A DNA stretch of 56,398 nucleotides, filler included, from Porpidia crustulata (taxonomy: Eukaryota), in assembly GCA_964255105.1 (NCBI GenBank). It is 3 parts of 3 records of this genome, joined end to end, with 100 filler letters (N's around TTAATTAATTAA, not from the genome) between each part and the next. Parts side by side here need not be neighbours in the genome. Positions count along the whole stretch, not along the records: positions 18,896 to 37,607 come from CAXUWE010000169.1; positions 37,708 to 56,398 come from CAXUWE010000170.1; 1 more part is not named here. One strand, 5' to 3'. The position numbers were made by a program, and so were the translations under genes. The notes beneath the pieces are model-generated. The model was not told the origin of the DNA. It saw only the letters and a program-made list of their open reading frames with translations, and searched no databases. Shown piece after piece: positions 35,365 through 47,421 of this stretch (position 1 is the first letter of the stretch; every line of letters begins with the position of its first letter).

Positions 35365-37264
35365 ATGTCTAAGACCTTCTCTGCCGGCGATGTCGCCAAC
35401 CACAAGAAACCAGATGACTTATGGGTCATAGTAGACGAAGATGTCTACGATCTAACCAAGTTCCAGTCCGAGCATCCAGGTAAGTGCAGTACCTGTTGAC
35501 AATTTATACGCGAGTTTCATGCTGACAGGTACCAGGTGGGCAAAAGAGTATGCACCTTAGCCGATCAATGTATGGATTGGAGGTTGTTGACATTGTTCCC
35601 AGTCCTGCAGCGAGTTGGTGGCAAGGATGCGTCAAAGCAATTTTGGAAATACCACAACGAGGGTATTCTCAAGAAGTACAAAGGCCAATTGCAAGTCGGG
35701 TCACTGGACAGCAAGCAGCAGGCAGCTGCACCTCCCACACCTCCGGCCACTCCACCACCAGCGCCGGAGAAGGAGAAGGAAGTCGTGAAGCCGCAGGCTG
35801 AGTCGGGAACCGTAGCGCCTATGCCAGGCAAAGATGCTCATGAGCCAGCCGAAGCGATGGATCCTTACGGGGACATGATACCTTACGCAGATCCGACGTG
35901 GTACCAGGGCGTAAGCATTTCTCGTAAAGCATCTTTCCTAGACTAACACACTATCTATACTTAGCACCACTCGCCTTACTTCAACGAGACCCACGCAGCC
36001 CTCCGCGATGAGGTTCGCCAATGGGTAGACTCTGAAATTGAGCCCAACGTAACTGAGTGGGAGGAAGCGAAGAAAGTGCCCGACGCAATCTACAAGCAAA
36101 TGGGCGAGCGTGGTTACCTCGCAGGCCTCATGGGCCTACACCAGTTTCCAACTCACCTCACTAATCACAGAATTAAGAGCGTGCAGCCGGATAAGTACGA
36201 TCTGTTCCATGAGCTGCTGATAACGGATGAGATCTCCAGAGCTGGTAGCGGCGGTTTGGTGTGGAACTTGATCGGAGGGTTTGGGATCGGCTGTCCGCCA
36301 TTAGTGAAATTCGGAAAGAAGCCTTTGATCGACAGGATTCTACCAGGTATCCTCGACGGAGATAAGAGGATTTGCCTGGCCATCACCGAGCCCGATGCCG
36401 GGAGTGACGTGGCTAATCTGACTTGCCAGGCCAAGCTCACGGAAGATGGAAAACATTACATCGTCAATGGAGAAAAGAAATGGATCACGAACGGCATATG
36501 GTGCGACTACTTCACAACTGCTGTACGGACGGGTGGAGAGGGCATGAACGGGGTTTCGTGTCTACTTATCGAGCGTGAACATGGTGGTGTCAGCACAAGA
36601 AGAATGGATTGCCAAGGTGTCTGGGCCAGCGGAACCACTTATATAACCTTTGAGGACGTAAAGGTTCCCGTTGGAAATTTAATCGGCAAGGAGAACCAGG
36701 GTTTCAAGGTCATCATGACCAACTTCAACCACGAGCGTATCGGTATAATCATTCAGTGTCTTCGCTTCTCTCGCGTCTGCTACGAAGAATCAGTCAAGTA
36801 TGCGCACAAGCGCCGTACCTTTGGCAAAAAGCTCATCGACCACCCCGTCATCCGTCTCAAGCTGGCACACATGGCTCGCCAAATTGAAGCTTCGTACAAC
36901 TGGCTAGAGAATGTCATCTACCAGTGTCAAATGATGAACGATACCGAAGCAATGTTGAAGATGGGGGGCGCAATCGCAGGCTTGAAGGCACAAGCGACGG
37001 TGACGTTTGAATTTTGTGCTCGGGAGGCAAGTCAAATCTTTGGAGGCTTGAGTTACAGCCGTGGAGGTCAAGGTGCTAAGGTATGTTTGCCTATGTGCTA
37101 ATGAAGTTCTTGGACCCTGTGCTGATACTGTGTCACGGTAGGTCGAGAGACTCTACCGGGACGTGCGAGCGTATGCCATTCCCGGAGGCAGCGAGGAAAT
37201 CATGTTGGACTTGAGCATAAGACAGGCTCTGCGGGTGCACAAAGCATTGGGTATGAAACTGTAA
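35365..37264 (+). CDS. Cytochrome b5-like domain fused to acyl-CoA dehydrogenase, 5 exons
   Basis: WVIVDEDVYDLTKFQSEHP|GG heme motif; CLAITEPDAGSDVA, NGEKKWITNG, NFNHER, RRTFGKKL, IPGGSEEIM; ends GMKL*. Confidence 0.92.
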
Positions 37265-37607
37265 ATTATGCACGTTGTTCAGTATCATGGGGGGCCTTCG
37301 AGTTTTCTGTTTCTGTGTCTTATATGCGTAGGTGGGTCAGTCGATTTGGGAACGCGGCATGAAGGATGAGCTCTGGCATGGATAGCAAATAAAACCAAAA
37401 TCCGAACACGACCTCGATTGAATAGATAACTCGATAAATGTATTGCATGATCATCTCTTCAAGACTGCTCGTCAAACTTGAGTATCAAAGATATATAAAA
37501 GGGAAGTTCTCCGAAAGTGACCAACCTTCGTAGCCCACCACATCTTCCATCCAGATACCTTACCGATTATATCCACATACATTAGAGTACCATTCCCCCA
37601 CATCAAC

Positions 37608-37707
37608 NNNNNNNNNNNNNNNNNNNNNNNNNNNNNNNNNNNNNNNNNNNNTTAATTAATTAANNNNNNNNNNNNNNNNNNNNNNNNNNNNNNNNNNNNN
37701 NNNNNNN
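37608..37707. other. Artificial contig-joining spacer (44 N + TTAATTAATTAA + 44 N)
   Basis: Identical 100-nt layout to 18796-18895. Confidence 0.97.
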
Positions 37708-37943
37708 GGAAGTACGAGTGCCGCGAGAGCAAAGGACCGTAATATCTTAGGGGAATGACACCTATTGCGGGGGCACTTACCCGTGCCATCTGGCGTTCGT
37801 CCAATTGCTGTTCTATCCTTTTCCTCTTCTTCTGAGGTACTGTCGTCACTTTCAATATCCTTACCCAAATCGACCTTCGTCTGGGGTTTCCGCTCTCGAA
37901 GACCGGTCGCTCCTATATTCGTCATATTGAGTTCGTAACTCAT
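37708..37943 (-). CDS. CHO2: First exon (plus start of intron) of phosphatidylethanolamine N-methyltransferase, cut by the contig end
   Basis: GLRERK...DRTAIGRTPDGT followed by donor GTAAGT; GRTPDG is the N-terminal motif of fungal Cho2. Confidence 0.65.
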
Positions 37944-38708
37944 TGTAATGTCACAAAGAGGATAATTGGACCCGATTGTGATTGAAAACTCCTATGTGCA
38001 ACCTTTAAAGGACTTGACCATGGGAAGGATTGAAATATTCCCTAAGCACAAGACTTGAATGTTGAATCTCAAGTATGGCTTCCGTGATCTTCAGGGACAA
38101 CTGCGGGGTTGATGGCCAGGAGGGTTGTGTTCTTGCAATTGGAATTGGTGTGACTGTAGACAATCAAGATGGAGCAAACGCCGAGTGATTGAAGCCATCT
38201 GCGCAGTCCTATGGCCTGCCTGGAGTAGTGAACCTTGATTTTGGATTGTCAGGTGGGTAAACACCTAAGGGTATGGTTCTCGTGGCTATACAGGATGTTT
38301 GCCAAGGTAGCTAAAGCCCTAGAGCGTGGGGTGAGAGGTGTTACCAAACTAGATTTAGTGGCACGAGTGATAGCATGACGTTGGGGAGGTGGGAGATCTT
38401 TTGTTGAATTATTAGCGAGTACTCTAAACGTCTTTGTCTCCGCATGAACGGGCCAGCCCGCCAGCAGCCCACCACGAAGACTGCCGTTTCGAATTCTGAC
38501 TAAGCGCATATGAGGCAGTCTACACGTGAGGTAGTCCATTAATAATGATCAAAAGCCTTTTCACCATAACGAAAGGAGTCTTTACTTCAGCATTTCTGAG
38601 ACTGGATCCACCTGTCAAGGTGCATTCTGAGAACTCTTTACCACTCTGATAAGTTCTGATCTCCTCAAAACTCTTAACCTTTTCTCATCCTCGCCCCCGA
38701 ACATCGCC

Positions 38709-39743
38709 ATGGCGCCTTCACTCGAAGAACCCATCCAAGTCGATCTCTCCGCCCCGCTTAAGAACACCCCTAAACTTGTAGCGCCAGAGCCAGAACATTG
38801 TCCTGGCCCCGAATCCAACCTCGCAGGAAAGGGGGATGCCTGCGCAGGCTGCCCCAATCAATCCATCTGCGCCACTACTCCCAAAGGTCCTGATCCCGAC
38901 ATTCCCTTCATAACGTCTCGACTATCGGGGATAAAACATAAGATCCTCGTTCTTTCAGGGAAGGGCGGCGTCGGCAAATCAACTTTCACGACCATGCTCG
39001 CTCATGCCTTCGCATCGAATCCTGAGAGCATGGTTGGTATTATGGACACAGATATATGCGGCCCGAGCATACCCAAAATGATGGGAGTGGAACAAGAGAC
39101 TATACATGTCAGCAACGCTGGCTGGAGTCCTGTGTGGGTTGCAGATAATCTTGGAGTCATGAGCGTACAATTCATGCTACCAAATAGGGATGACGCAGTG
39201 ATTTGGAGGGGACCAAAGAAAAATGGCCTAATAAAGCAGTTCCTGAAAGACGTTGAGTGGGGAGAATTAGATTATCTGATCGTGGACACACCACCCGGAA
39301 CAAGTGATGAACACCTAAGCGTCAACTCGTACCTGAAAGAGTCAGGAGTTGATGGAGCCGTGGTGGTGACAACGCCGCAGGAGGTCAGTTTGCTGGACGT
39401 GAGGAAGGAGATTGACTTTTGCCGAAAGGCTGGAATCAAAGTACTAGGCATCGTGGAGAATATGTCCGGATTCATATGTCCAAATTGCACACATAAGTCC
39501 CAGATCTTCAAAGCGACAACAGGTGGGGCAAGGAGGCTGGCAAAAGAGACTGGTGTACCATTCTTGGGTGCGGTCCCACTAGATCCTCGGATCGGGATGG
39601 CTTGTGATTATGGGGAGAGCTTTTTCGACACCTTTGCGGACAGCCCCGCTTGTGTAGCTATAAGAGTTGTAGTTAGGAGGGTCAGCGAAGAAGCTGGTAT
39701 TGAATCAGACGAAGTACTACCAGATAATACAAGAAATGGTTAA
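38709..39743 (+). CDS. NBP35: Cytosolic Fe-S cluster assembly factor Nbp35
   Basis: N-terminal EHCPGPES...[40 protein letters not shown]. Confidence 0.96.
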   Translation: MAPSLEEPIQVDLSAPLKNTPKLVAPEPEHCPGPESNLAGKGDACAGCPNQSICATTPKGPDPDIPFITSRLSGIKHKILVLSGKGGVGKSTFTTMLAHAFASNPESMVGIMDTDICGPSIPKMMGVEQETIHVSNAGWSPVWVADNLGVMSVQFMLPNRDDAVIWRGPKKNGLIKQFLKDVEWGELDYLIVDTPPGTSDEHLSVNSYLKESGVDGAVVVTTPQEVSLLDVRKEIDFCRKAGIKVLGIVENMSGFICPNCTHKSQIFKATTGGARRLAKETGVPFLGAVPLDPRIGMACDYGESFFDTFADSPACVAIRVVVRRVSEEAGIESDEVLPDNTRNG

Positions 39744-40002
39744 AAGCTCTTGATGACCTCCCGATTGTGGCTCTTCGTTCTCAATTGACGATACTCAAGC
39801 ATCTACTGAATGTGCGATCGTACATTGGTGGCCTTGCGATATCTCCGAAGATGTTTCTTGATTTGGACTTTCTGATGAATGCGTGTGCTATCTATGCAAC
39901 TTAACAGTATGCTTGTACTTGGAGTTTGCACAGCTGCGCCCAGAAGATCCGCAGCGGACCCGAGGGTATGGCTCAAACAGGTCAATAATCATTATGCGTC
40001 AC

Positions 40003-42294
40003 CTAATCCTGAATTCTTGCAAAGTCGAGTTTCAAGAGCAGGCGATCGATGCCGCCACCAGACTTAGGCGTGAATTCCTCATTCTCCGTAAACTTGGTGT
40101 CCGCGTGATAGCGACCGCTCAAAGCGCGTGCGTTATCAACATCCCTCAAGGCCTGGACCAAGCCCTCGATGCCACTTGCAATGGCAGACCGGGCATTTTG
40201 AAGGTCCCCATGGAGCTCTCGTTCTTCGACTGCGTAATTGGCGAAGGTGTCGACTACACCAACATCAGTCTCAAGATCGAGGTTCTGTTGAACGGAGTTT
40301 AGACGAGTCATAAGAGCAAAGAGATGGTCTACGGCAGTCATGAGGGCTTTGAGCTGCTTAGTGAAACGTGTGTCATCGAGGAGAAGCGAGTGGGCGAGGG
40401 TGGAAAGAAATTTTCTGTGAGCCAAGGCCAGGCTTTCCGGGTCGTGTAGAGCAGGCGCAGCAAAACTGCTCCGTACGTGGAATTGATTTTCTCCAGCACT
40501 CGAGGAGCTTCGCTGAAGAGCCATTAAAGGTGGCTGTTCGCCAGATTCGGTCGCGTTTTCTGTGGCTTGAAGCCAAATAAGAAACTCCTCCCATGAGCTC
40601 TTCATGACTTCGCCTTGGAAGTACTCTCCGATTTCGGCCAGCAAGAGTGCAGCGTGGCTAGCGGTTGCCCAAATAGGGCGCATGCGCTTGGCACGATGAT
40701 CTGCCCGTCGTCTTATCCGCCCAAGAGCTTCAAACCTAGTGCTGTGGTTACTATGTGGCGGGCCTTTTGGCGATGGATGATCTCTTCGCAGGACGGATAA
40801 TGTGAATAGTTTACTAAGACGGAGATGTGCTCTCCGAATCGCTAGTAGGTAGCTATGGATGTTAGAGTAAGTGTCCACATCCGACAAAGCCAAAAATAGA
40901 TCTAGTGGAGATGGTACGCAAATGGTCAGCATAGTTGACGTAGGAAACAAGAGATCATCGAATGTTACGGCGGATGCTACGAAGCCGGTTTTGCCGCTTT
41001 TGGTCACAGCTGAATCTGTCCCTTCAGACTTGATCGAAAGCTTCAAGAGTTCGCGCGCAACATCAAGATCTGTATCAACTTCTTCTTCCTCGTCGTCGTT
41101 AACGGGCTGCAGTGATGCAAGGGTAGCCCACGTGCGGGCCAGCACAGCAGAAACTTCTCCCTCTTTTACAACCATGTTACTCAAATCATTTTGGTCACGC
41201 TTTCCGAACCTTTCTAGAGGTCGGCTGTGCCGTGCTGAGAGGCGCTCGTCTGCAGCGGCAAGGATGGCGACGGCGAACTCACCGCGTTCAAGAAGAAAAA
41301 AGTCTCTCAAGACCCGCAGCAGCTCAAGGACTTTGGAAATGGGAAGCAGCTTTTGAAGTACAGTCTTGGACAGCGAGAAGCGAATTGCTCCGACGGCGGC
41401 TGATAGGCCGGCAGGTGTGATTGGAGAGGACAAAGAAGCTAAGTGGGCAAGTTGTTTTGGAAGCAGAGCGAGGTCTGGAGAAATTTGTCTTGACAAGCTA
41501 TTTGTATGTAAAGGTTCTCTCTCTCTGATATGGTTTAGAGATTTGCCGATGAAGAGAATAGAACTTGCAGTGGATCTAGTGACAAAGTTTGGGACGAGAC
41601 TAGGGTTGATACCATATGAATACTTCAATATCCCCTGGCTCTCCCCATTCTCTTCACACGTGATGAAGCAATCCGCGCCTCCAGATGCGGGCAAGCGACC
41701 GTACAAAATCCAAGCAGAGATGTGCTTGAGCCAAGCCGTCTCTGCCACTTTCACGAGTTCTAGGGCAATTTGTTCAATATCAGGAAATCCTGTGTATGTT
41801 GATTCTCGAAGCCTTTCGAGGACCCGGCTTGCCGTAGAACAGGCGTTGCCTCTAATATCGACCCCATGTTCACCCGTAGGCTCTATGGCCAGAACAAGGC
41901 TCCAGAGCCATTGCAGCTTCCTGTTCCACCCATCGAAAGCGCCCACAAGCCCCGAGAGGGGTACGATATTGTAGGCTCCGACAATGCTTGGATTCTCTTC
42001 CAAGATGTCTTTTTCTACTTCCAGGATCCGTTGCTGAAACCTTGCCAGGTGCGTTGAAAAAATGGATGTAGCCACCGCACGACAGACAGTAGACGGATGC
42101 TGGGCGGAGATGATAGTAGCTTTGCTCCGAATGTTATTGTGGGTTTCTCCTAGATCTGTTGCGAACGATCTCAGTAGAGCCGATTCTGCGGGGGAGAGAA
42201 GATTCTCGAAAGCACCGTCACCACCCTTATTGCCCGAGAGAGATAACAAGGGCGAAGGGTGGCCGGAAAGAGCCAGGAGGAGTTCGTGCAACAT
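40003..42294 (-). CDS. Gamma-tubulin complex component, GCP4-like (Spc97/Spc98 family)
   Basis: MLHELLLALSG, WILYGRL, SILFIGK, LRDFFLLERGEFA, PLDLFL, RLLLKLDF. Confidence 0.88.
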   Translation of the reverse strand: MLHELLLALSGHPSPLLSLSGNKGGDGAFENLLSPAESALLRSFATDLGETHNNIRSKATIISAQHPSTVCRAVATSIFSTHLARFQQRILEVEKDILEENPSIVGAYNIVPLSGLVGAFDGWNRKLQWLWSLVLAIEPTGEHGVDIRGNACSTASRVLERLRESTYTGFPDIEQIALELVKVAETAWLKHISAWILYGRLPASGGADCFITCEENGESQGILKYSYGINPSLVPNFVTRSTASSILFIGKSLNHIREREPLHTNSLSRQISPDLALLPKQLAHLASLSSPITPAGLSAAVGAIRFSLSKTVLQKLLPISKVLELLRVLRDFFLLERGEFAVAILAAADERLSARHSRPLERFGKRDQNDLSNMVVKEGEVSAVLARTWATLASLQPVNDDEEEEVDTDLDVARELLKLSIKSEGTDSAVTKSGKTGFVASAVTFDDLLFPTSTMLTICVPSPLDLFLALSDVDTYSNIHSYLLAIRRAHLRLSKLFTLSVLRRDHPSPKGPPHSNHSTRFEALGRIRRRADHRAKRMRPIWATASHAALLLAEIGEYFQGEVMKSSWEEFLIWLQATENATESGEQPPLMALQRSSSSAGENQFHVRSSFAAPALHDPESLALAHRKFLSTLAHSLLLDDTRFTKQLKALMTAVDHLFALMTRLNSVQQNLDLETDVGVVDTFANYAVEERELHGDLQNARSAIASGIEGLVQALRDVDNARALSGRYHADTKFTENEEFTPKSGGGIDRLLLKLDFARIQD

Positions 42295-42852
42295 CTTTGG
42301 AGCTACATAATATGAGGCTTTATAAGGTCTCGCTCACTTGCAGTAAGCAACGACCAACATTGTGGAGAAGAATGACAGCGGTATTTGGGCCAATGGATTC
42401 TTGGGAGTTTACGTGACAGGATACGCGACGCGCCTGTAAGACCCCTGTAGGCACTAGCGCTCAATTATTCAGCTTCGATCACAGACGTACACACGTAGTA
42501 AGTAGGTAGGAGGTAGGCAGCCACAGTAAAAGTTCTCTAGCTGGCGAACGCATCCATACCAAACAATCAGGTGTAGTTTGCTCCCCATTACGAGAAAAGA
42601 ATATGCCGTCTCCCCGAGCTCCCAACGCTGATTGCAAGCTCATACCCCTGAGAAGCCATCACACCTTTCCAACGAAATCGACGACTCTCAAGCTACTCAT
42701 AAGATTAGAGGAGGACAATATAGGGCATCTCAGGAGAGGAGAGGAGAGTCAGAAGCATATCAAGAAATCTATATCGGTGTAATCGACTCATCTGCAAACC
42801 TTAATTCCCTCAACTAAGGCGCCATGATCCGTAGCAGAAATCCCGTTAGGTA

Positions 42853-44245
42853 CTAGCTGTATCTTGGCCTGTACACATCCCAATCCCAGCGTCCTTCCCA
42901 GGAGTCTTGGCGACGACGATCACGGGACTGCTCACTCCCGGAAAGTTGGCGTGGAGCATGTGGTGACGCTGACCGTTGGCGGTGAGCATCGCTCGGCCAT
43001 GGCTCACGAGCGTGCGTGCGCCTGGAGAGCTGGCGCGAGGCGTCTGGCAATGCTAATCGGTGTTGGTGATTGAAAGTTGTAGGCGGCTGATATAATGGCA
43101 CATTTGGCGCTCTCCCTCGCCCTCCATAGCTACCACGAGGGGGTGGGCCTGTCTTCATAGATTCTTCACGGGCGTACTGACCACCATGTTTCGCTTTTTT
43201 GACAATATTTTTGGCATGTTCTGGTATCTCCTCTTTCGAAGCTGATGGTGCGCGTGTCCAGTCACTTCTGGAAGGTCCTACTTTCATCCGTCTTGGTGCC
43301 GAGGGTACGCGCGCCCAGTCTTCGTCGAACCGACGTTTGAATCCTATCCCTTCTTCGACCTCAGTGACAATCTTGTCCAACGCAGTGCGCAACTCATCCA
43401 ACTGTGACTCCTCGCGAATCCTGCTGTCGGAGCCAGAGTGCTTAGATTCGACGTAGAGAATGCAATTCTCAATCGTATCACGAAGGAACTTGGCAGTCTC
43501 CGTGCGCTGTGGAGTCTTTTGATGGGTTTTCTGAAATTCGACATTGGCGGTCTTGTAAAGGTCCCATAAACGCTTAAACTTAGGATCCTCATCTCGATAT
43601 TTTGGAGCCTCGTCTCTAGGGCTATCGACTGCGAACATTGTTTGGCTCGTTCCCAATTCCGCGCATGGTCGCTTCTGTCGTAGAGGATTCCTTTCCTCTG
43701 AGCCATCAGAAATGAACAGCTCTTCACTTACCTGTCTCTGCTCTCTCGCGCGCCTGGATAGAGAAATAGCTCCGAGAGAAGGGGTTTTGGGAGATTGTCC
43801 GATCTCAATCTCTACACAGGCAACAGAGACGATTAGCCCTTTGGCAAAGCAAGAAATTCATGCTCAGACGCATACTCTTTATCATTTCCTCTTTTGTCTT
43901 CACCGATGATCTAAGTGTTCTCAACCTCTCCTTATCCTCCACTATCCTGAGTCCTACAATCTCCTCAACATAAATTTCAATTCCAGCAATGTGATCTCCT
44001 TCGTCCATTAGTATCACGAATGCCTTCTGAGTCAGACTGATCTCATGATCATTAAGGTCCTGCGAGCGCTGTTTGATTACTTGAAGATCGTGCTGCAAGA
44101 TCTTTTGTAGATGCCCCTTGAAGATAGGTGACTCACACGTCTCGGCCACAGTCGAGTTTAGAAGCTCGATAGGGCGGTAGTGGTTGAGTACCTCGAGAAG
44201 TCGGGCTTCCCACGTGGATCGTTGAACAGGTGGGAAAGGCTTCAT
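42853..44245 (-). CDS. Hypothetical protein, probably 2 exons (intron about 43876-43812)
   Basis: GTATGC...CTAAT...TAG intron joins the 43805-44278 ORF in frame to the 42853-43656 ORF; TAKFLRDTIENCILY helical segment; Arg-rich tail. Confidence 0.55.
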
Positions 44246-46530
44246 AATTCTCGTGGTACTTGACTTCGTCAATGACACTTATGTGTTGATAGAAGCTATG
44301 GCAAACCTCCCCTCAGATCGAGTGAAAGCCGGAATCAAAGTTGAGCTTTCACTGAACGTGTTACAGAAACTTTGTGGTACATCCTACTCCCCTGAGTCTT
44401 TCAACTCACAGATCGATCCGAAGATGTTTTTCAGTAGGACTTCATTTATAATTGACGTGATACCGTGAGGCCAGAGGGTGGTGGATCGCGACATCGGCGT
44501 CAAGAAATGTTGACAGTAGGAGAGGCGCTATATCCCCACAAGCCAAGATCAACACTTTTCAAATGAGCCTGTAATGGACAGATTGCGCACCATGCTGTAC
44601 TATGTTGAACCCACCTCTTGTAAATTTGCAGCCGGAGGCCAAGTTCAGACAACTGTTGGTGCTTGTTGAATGAGATGAACCCAATATTAAATCGCTGAAT
44701 GTAGACCATCCAGTCTCGACCTGAACTCGATAAGTAGGAAACCAGGTGAAGCCAGAAATGTTCAAAGTTATGGAGCTAAGCAACTGATATTCAACATAGT
44801 GGCCTCCTTGAAGTATGTATCGAAAGCTGTTTGCTCAAACCTTGAACTCCAGTGGCTGGAATTGTCGTCCAAGTTTTATAAGTCGGAGTCTGAAATAGGT
44901 TATGGACAACCTTAGAGGAAGGCCTTATTCCCTTTCACAGAAAAAAGGTTTCGGCGGACGGCTGATCTTCTGTGGGACTCTACAGGCCTTTGGCAACTCG
45001 GCGCAATCTGTACAAGCATCGGTTGAATCAGAACTCCTCTCAAACATGAATAATCGAAAACAGCATAGCAGCTACCGAAATGCTAGGGAGGAAATATCAT
45101 ATGGAACTTGCTACATGTCAGGCTTGAGATGCGACAGAAAGCACAAGACAAACACTATTTGCCTACATGGTTGATATGAAAGAGTTTAAAACATGGAATA
45201 GACAAGACGTTACTTTCGGTGGTGGAGACTTAAGTCTCTATCCGGAGTGGATTCGCGAAAATGAGATCATCAGGTACGCTTGATATGCACCGAAGGCCTG
45301 TCTCTCAGCTACAGCAGCAAGCATATCGAAGGTTATGAAAATTTATGCTCTGTTGTGGTTGCCCCAAATAGGAAGATCGTGCAGTGTCGAGCATCTGCAA
45401 AGGGGCCGCATCTCGATGAGCATGCGTACCGGCGTGATGGCCACATCTAATTGGTACGCGGTATTGATATCCAAGCCCATTTTTGTGGACAAGAGCCGGT
45501 AGCCTTGTTGAAGCTGGCAGACCCGGAAGATAAGACACGTCAGATGGCAGGAAGAAACCTTCGCTTTGGTGGCATTAGTATAGGCTCCCGGATTTCGAAA
45601 GAATACGAGCTCTAGGCTAATCGACTGCGACGACGACGACAGGAGGTCTCATCAAAGCCAGACTTGTCCCCTAAACTGGTAAGGGCCGTTTGGAACGAGA
45701 GGACATTATCGTCTTTATCACAATCTGAAGATCGATCTGGGAGGATTCAGTGGCTGTACTTTGTGACCAGAGACTATGGCCAAAAAGCGAGAAAGCCGGG
45801 TCAGCATTACATTACTAAACCTCCAAACGACGAAGACTGACCATGTGAGCATAACGAACGTTCTCGAAACAAGCGAGGTTGTAAAAGAAATGGATGAAGC
45901 GACAAAGAAGAGCAGGTTTCCGTTATATTTTAAGCGGATAACAATTCACCATATTAGGCTTAGACGGTGTACCCAACCTCGACGAGACGCGGAGACCAGC
46001 GCAATACAACGTTCACGATTGGCTCCTACCAATCTATCTTTCACAGTCTACCGGCATGTAAACGGCCAGGAGCTTCAACACCTGAGAATCGGGTACTGTA
46101 TACGACTGAGCTTACGTCCAAAGCGAAAACAACGGCAACTTGAAGCGTCTGGCTGAGGCTTGAAACGCCGAGCACCAGTTTCTCTACGTGAGAAGTGGAT
46201 AGACAGCACTGTCAGGAAATCTTACGTCCAGAAATCGAAGCCCCTGAGGATACCTTTATGAATACCTTAAACCAAAGTAAAAGCTCTGCGCACCTCTCCG
46301 TCTAATTTCGCTACCTCCTTTCTATTACTACTCTCCCAATACCCTTACACTCCATATTATGATTCATTCCCGTGACCTAAATTTTCTTGGCTCTGTGCTT
46401 TCTTCTCCCACATCTTCAATAGTCCATGCTGCTCTATTCTTTCCTATTGATTCCTAGAGATTCTTCCAAGGCCTATCGGAAATCTAAGTGGGCAGGTTGC
46501 ACCTACAAAAAGATTGTATTCCTGGTGTAG

Positions 46531-47421
46531 CTAAGGTTTATCCAGGTGTAATAGTCCGGTGTGATGAGCGTTGATGCTCTGATATTCATCCTGCAGACCT
46601 TGCATCTCAATGGGCTCCATTTTGCGATCATGCGCCTTTTCTTTCTCCTTTTGAAATTCTTGCGCTGCCACCTCGACGGTCATAAGATATGTCCACGAAA
46701 ACATCTCGGCGTAATCATGGAGCGCATTAACCTCCACTGGCTGGGCTACTTCTTCCTTTGGTCTTTCAAATACATTAGTAGACGATTGCCGCTTCCTCCT
46801 CCGCTGCGACAGCAAATGCCCCAAGTTGAGCATGCACATTCGCTCGAACTTGTCAAATCTCAGCTTCTCGACTGACCTTTCGAACGAATCTGAACTCACT
46901 ACTGCGTCCTCAAACTCTTTCGCCTGCCCCTCCTTGAATTTTGGAGCCAACCTGCGTATGATGCTCCAGTCCATGAAGTTGTTCCAACAAAAAAGACAGT
47001 GTTCGAATGTTGCGGCGTCAGGAAAACAAGCGCAAGTACATCTATCAAGATTGGAAGATGTAGCTTTGGGAGGGGGGGTCTGTCCATATTTTATCGCCAG
47101 CCTCTTCATCTTGTTATCCATGTCGCTGAATAGTTTGATCAAGAGGAAATTCGGAATCCCCGAATCGAGGGGAAAGAAGAAATCCTTATCTTCCTCATTT
47201 GCAACATTCAGGTTTGGTCCTTCGAAATTCAAAATCATCTCTTCACGTTCTCTGGAAAATCCGACCACACCAGGATTAAAGAATGAGTATACCATAGCGA
47301 GTGGTGGTAGTTCTGACCCTTGATCCTGTGCGCTTGCATTCTCCGAGTCTGGCAGAACAAAGAATCCATCATCCTGCTCATTCCCGACGTCCCAGGATGG
47401 CTCCTGGAAATTCGAGATCAT
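46531..47421 (-). CDS. Hypothetical protein with a Cys cluster (CTCACF...HCLFC)
   Basis: 296-codon ORF with protein-like composition; no recognisable family; both ends uncertain. Confidence 0.45.
   Translation of the reverse strand: MISNFQEPSWDVGNEQDDGFFVLPDSENASAQDQGSELPPLAMVYSFFNPGVVGFSREREEMILNFEGPNLNVANEEDKDFFFPLDSGIPNFLLIKLFSDMDNKMKRLAIKYGQTPPPKATSSNLDRCTCACFPDAATFEHCLFCWNNFMDWSIIRRLAPKFKEGQAKEFEDAVVSSDSFERSVEKLRFDKFERMCMLNLGHLLSQRRRKRQSSTNVFERPKEEVAQPVEVNALHDYAEMFSWTYLMTVEVAAQEFQKEKEKAHDRKMEPIEMQGLQDEYQSINAHHTGLLHLDKP

Noticed and set aside
32313..37264. Secondary-metabolite gene cluster (cupin plus acyl-CoA dehydrogenase)
   Set aside because: No PKS, NRPS, terpene synthase or other backbone gene on the contig.
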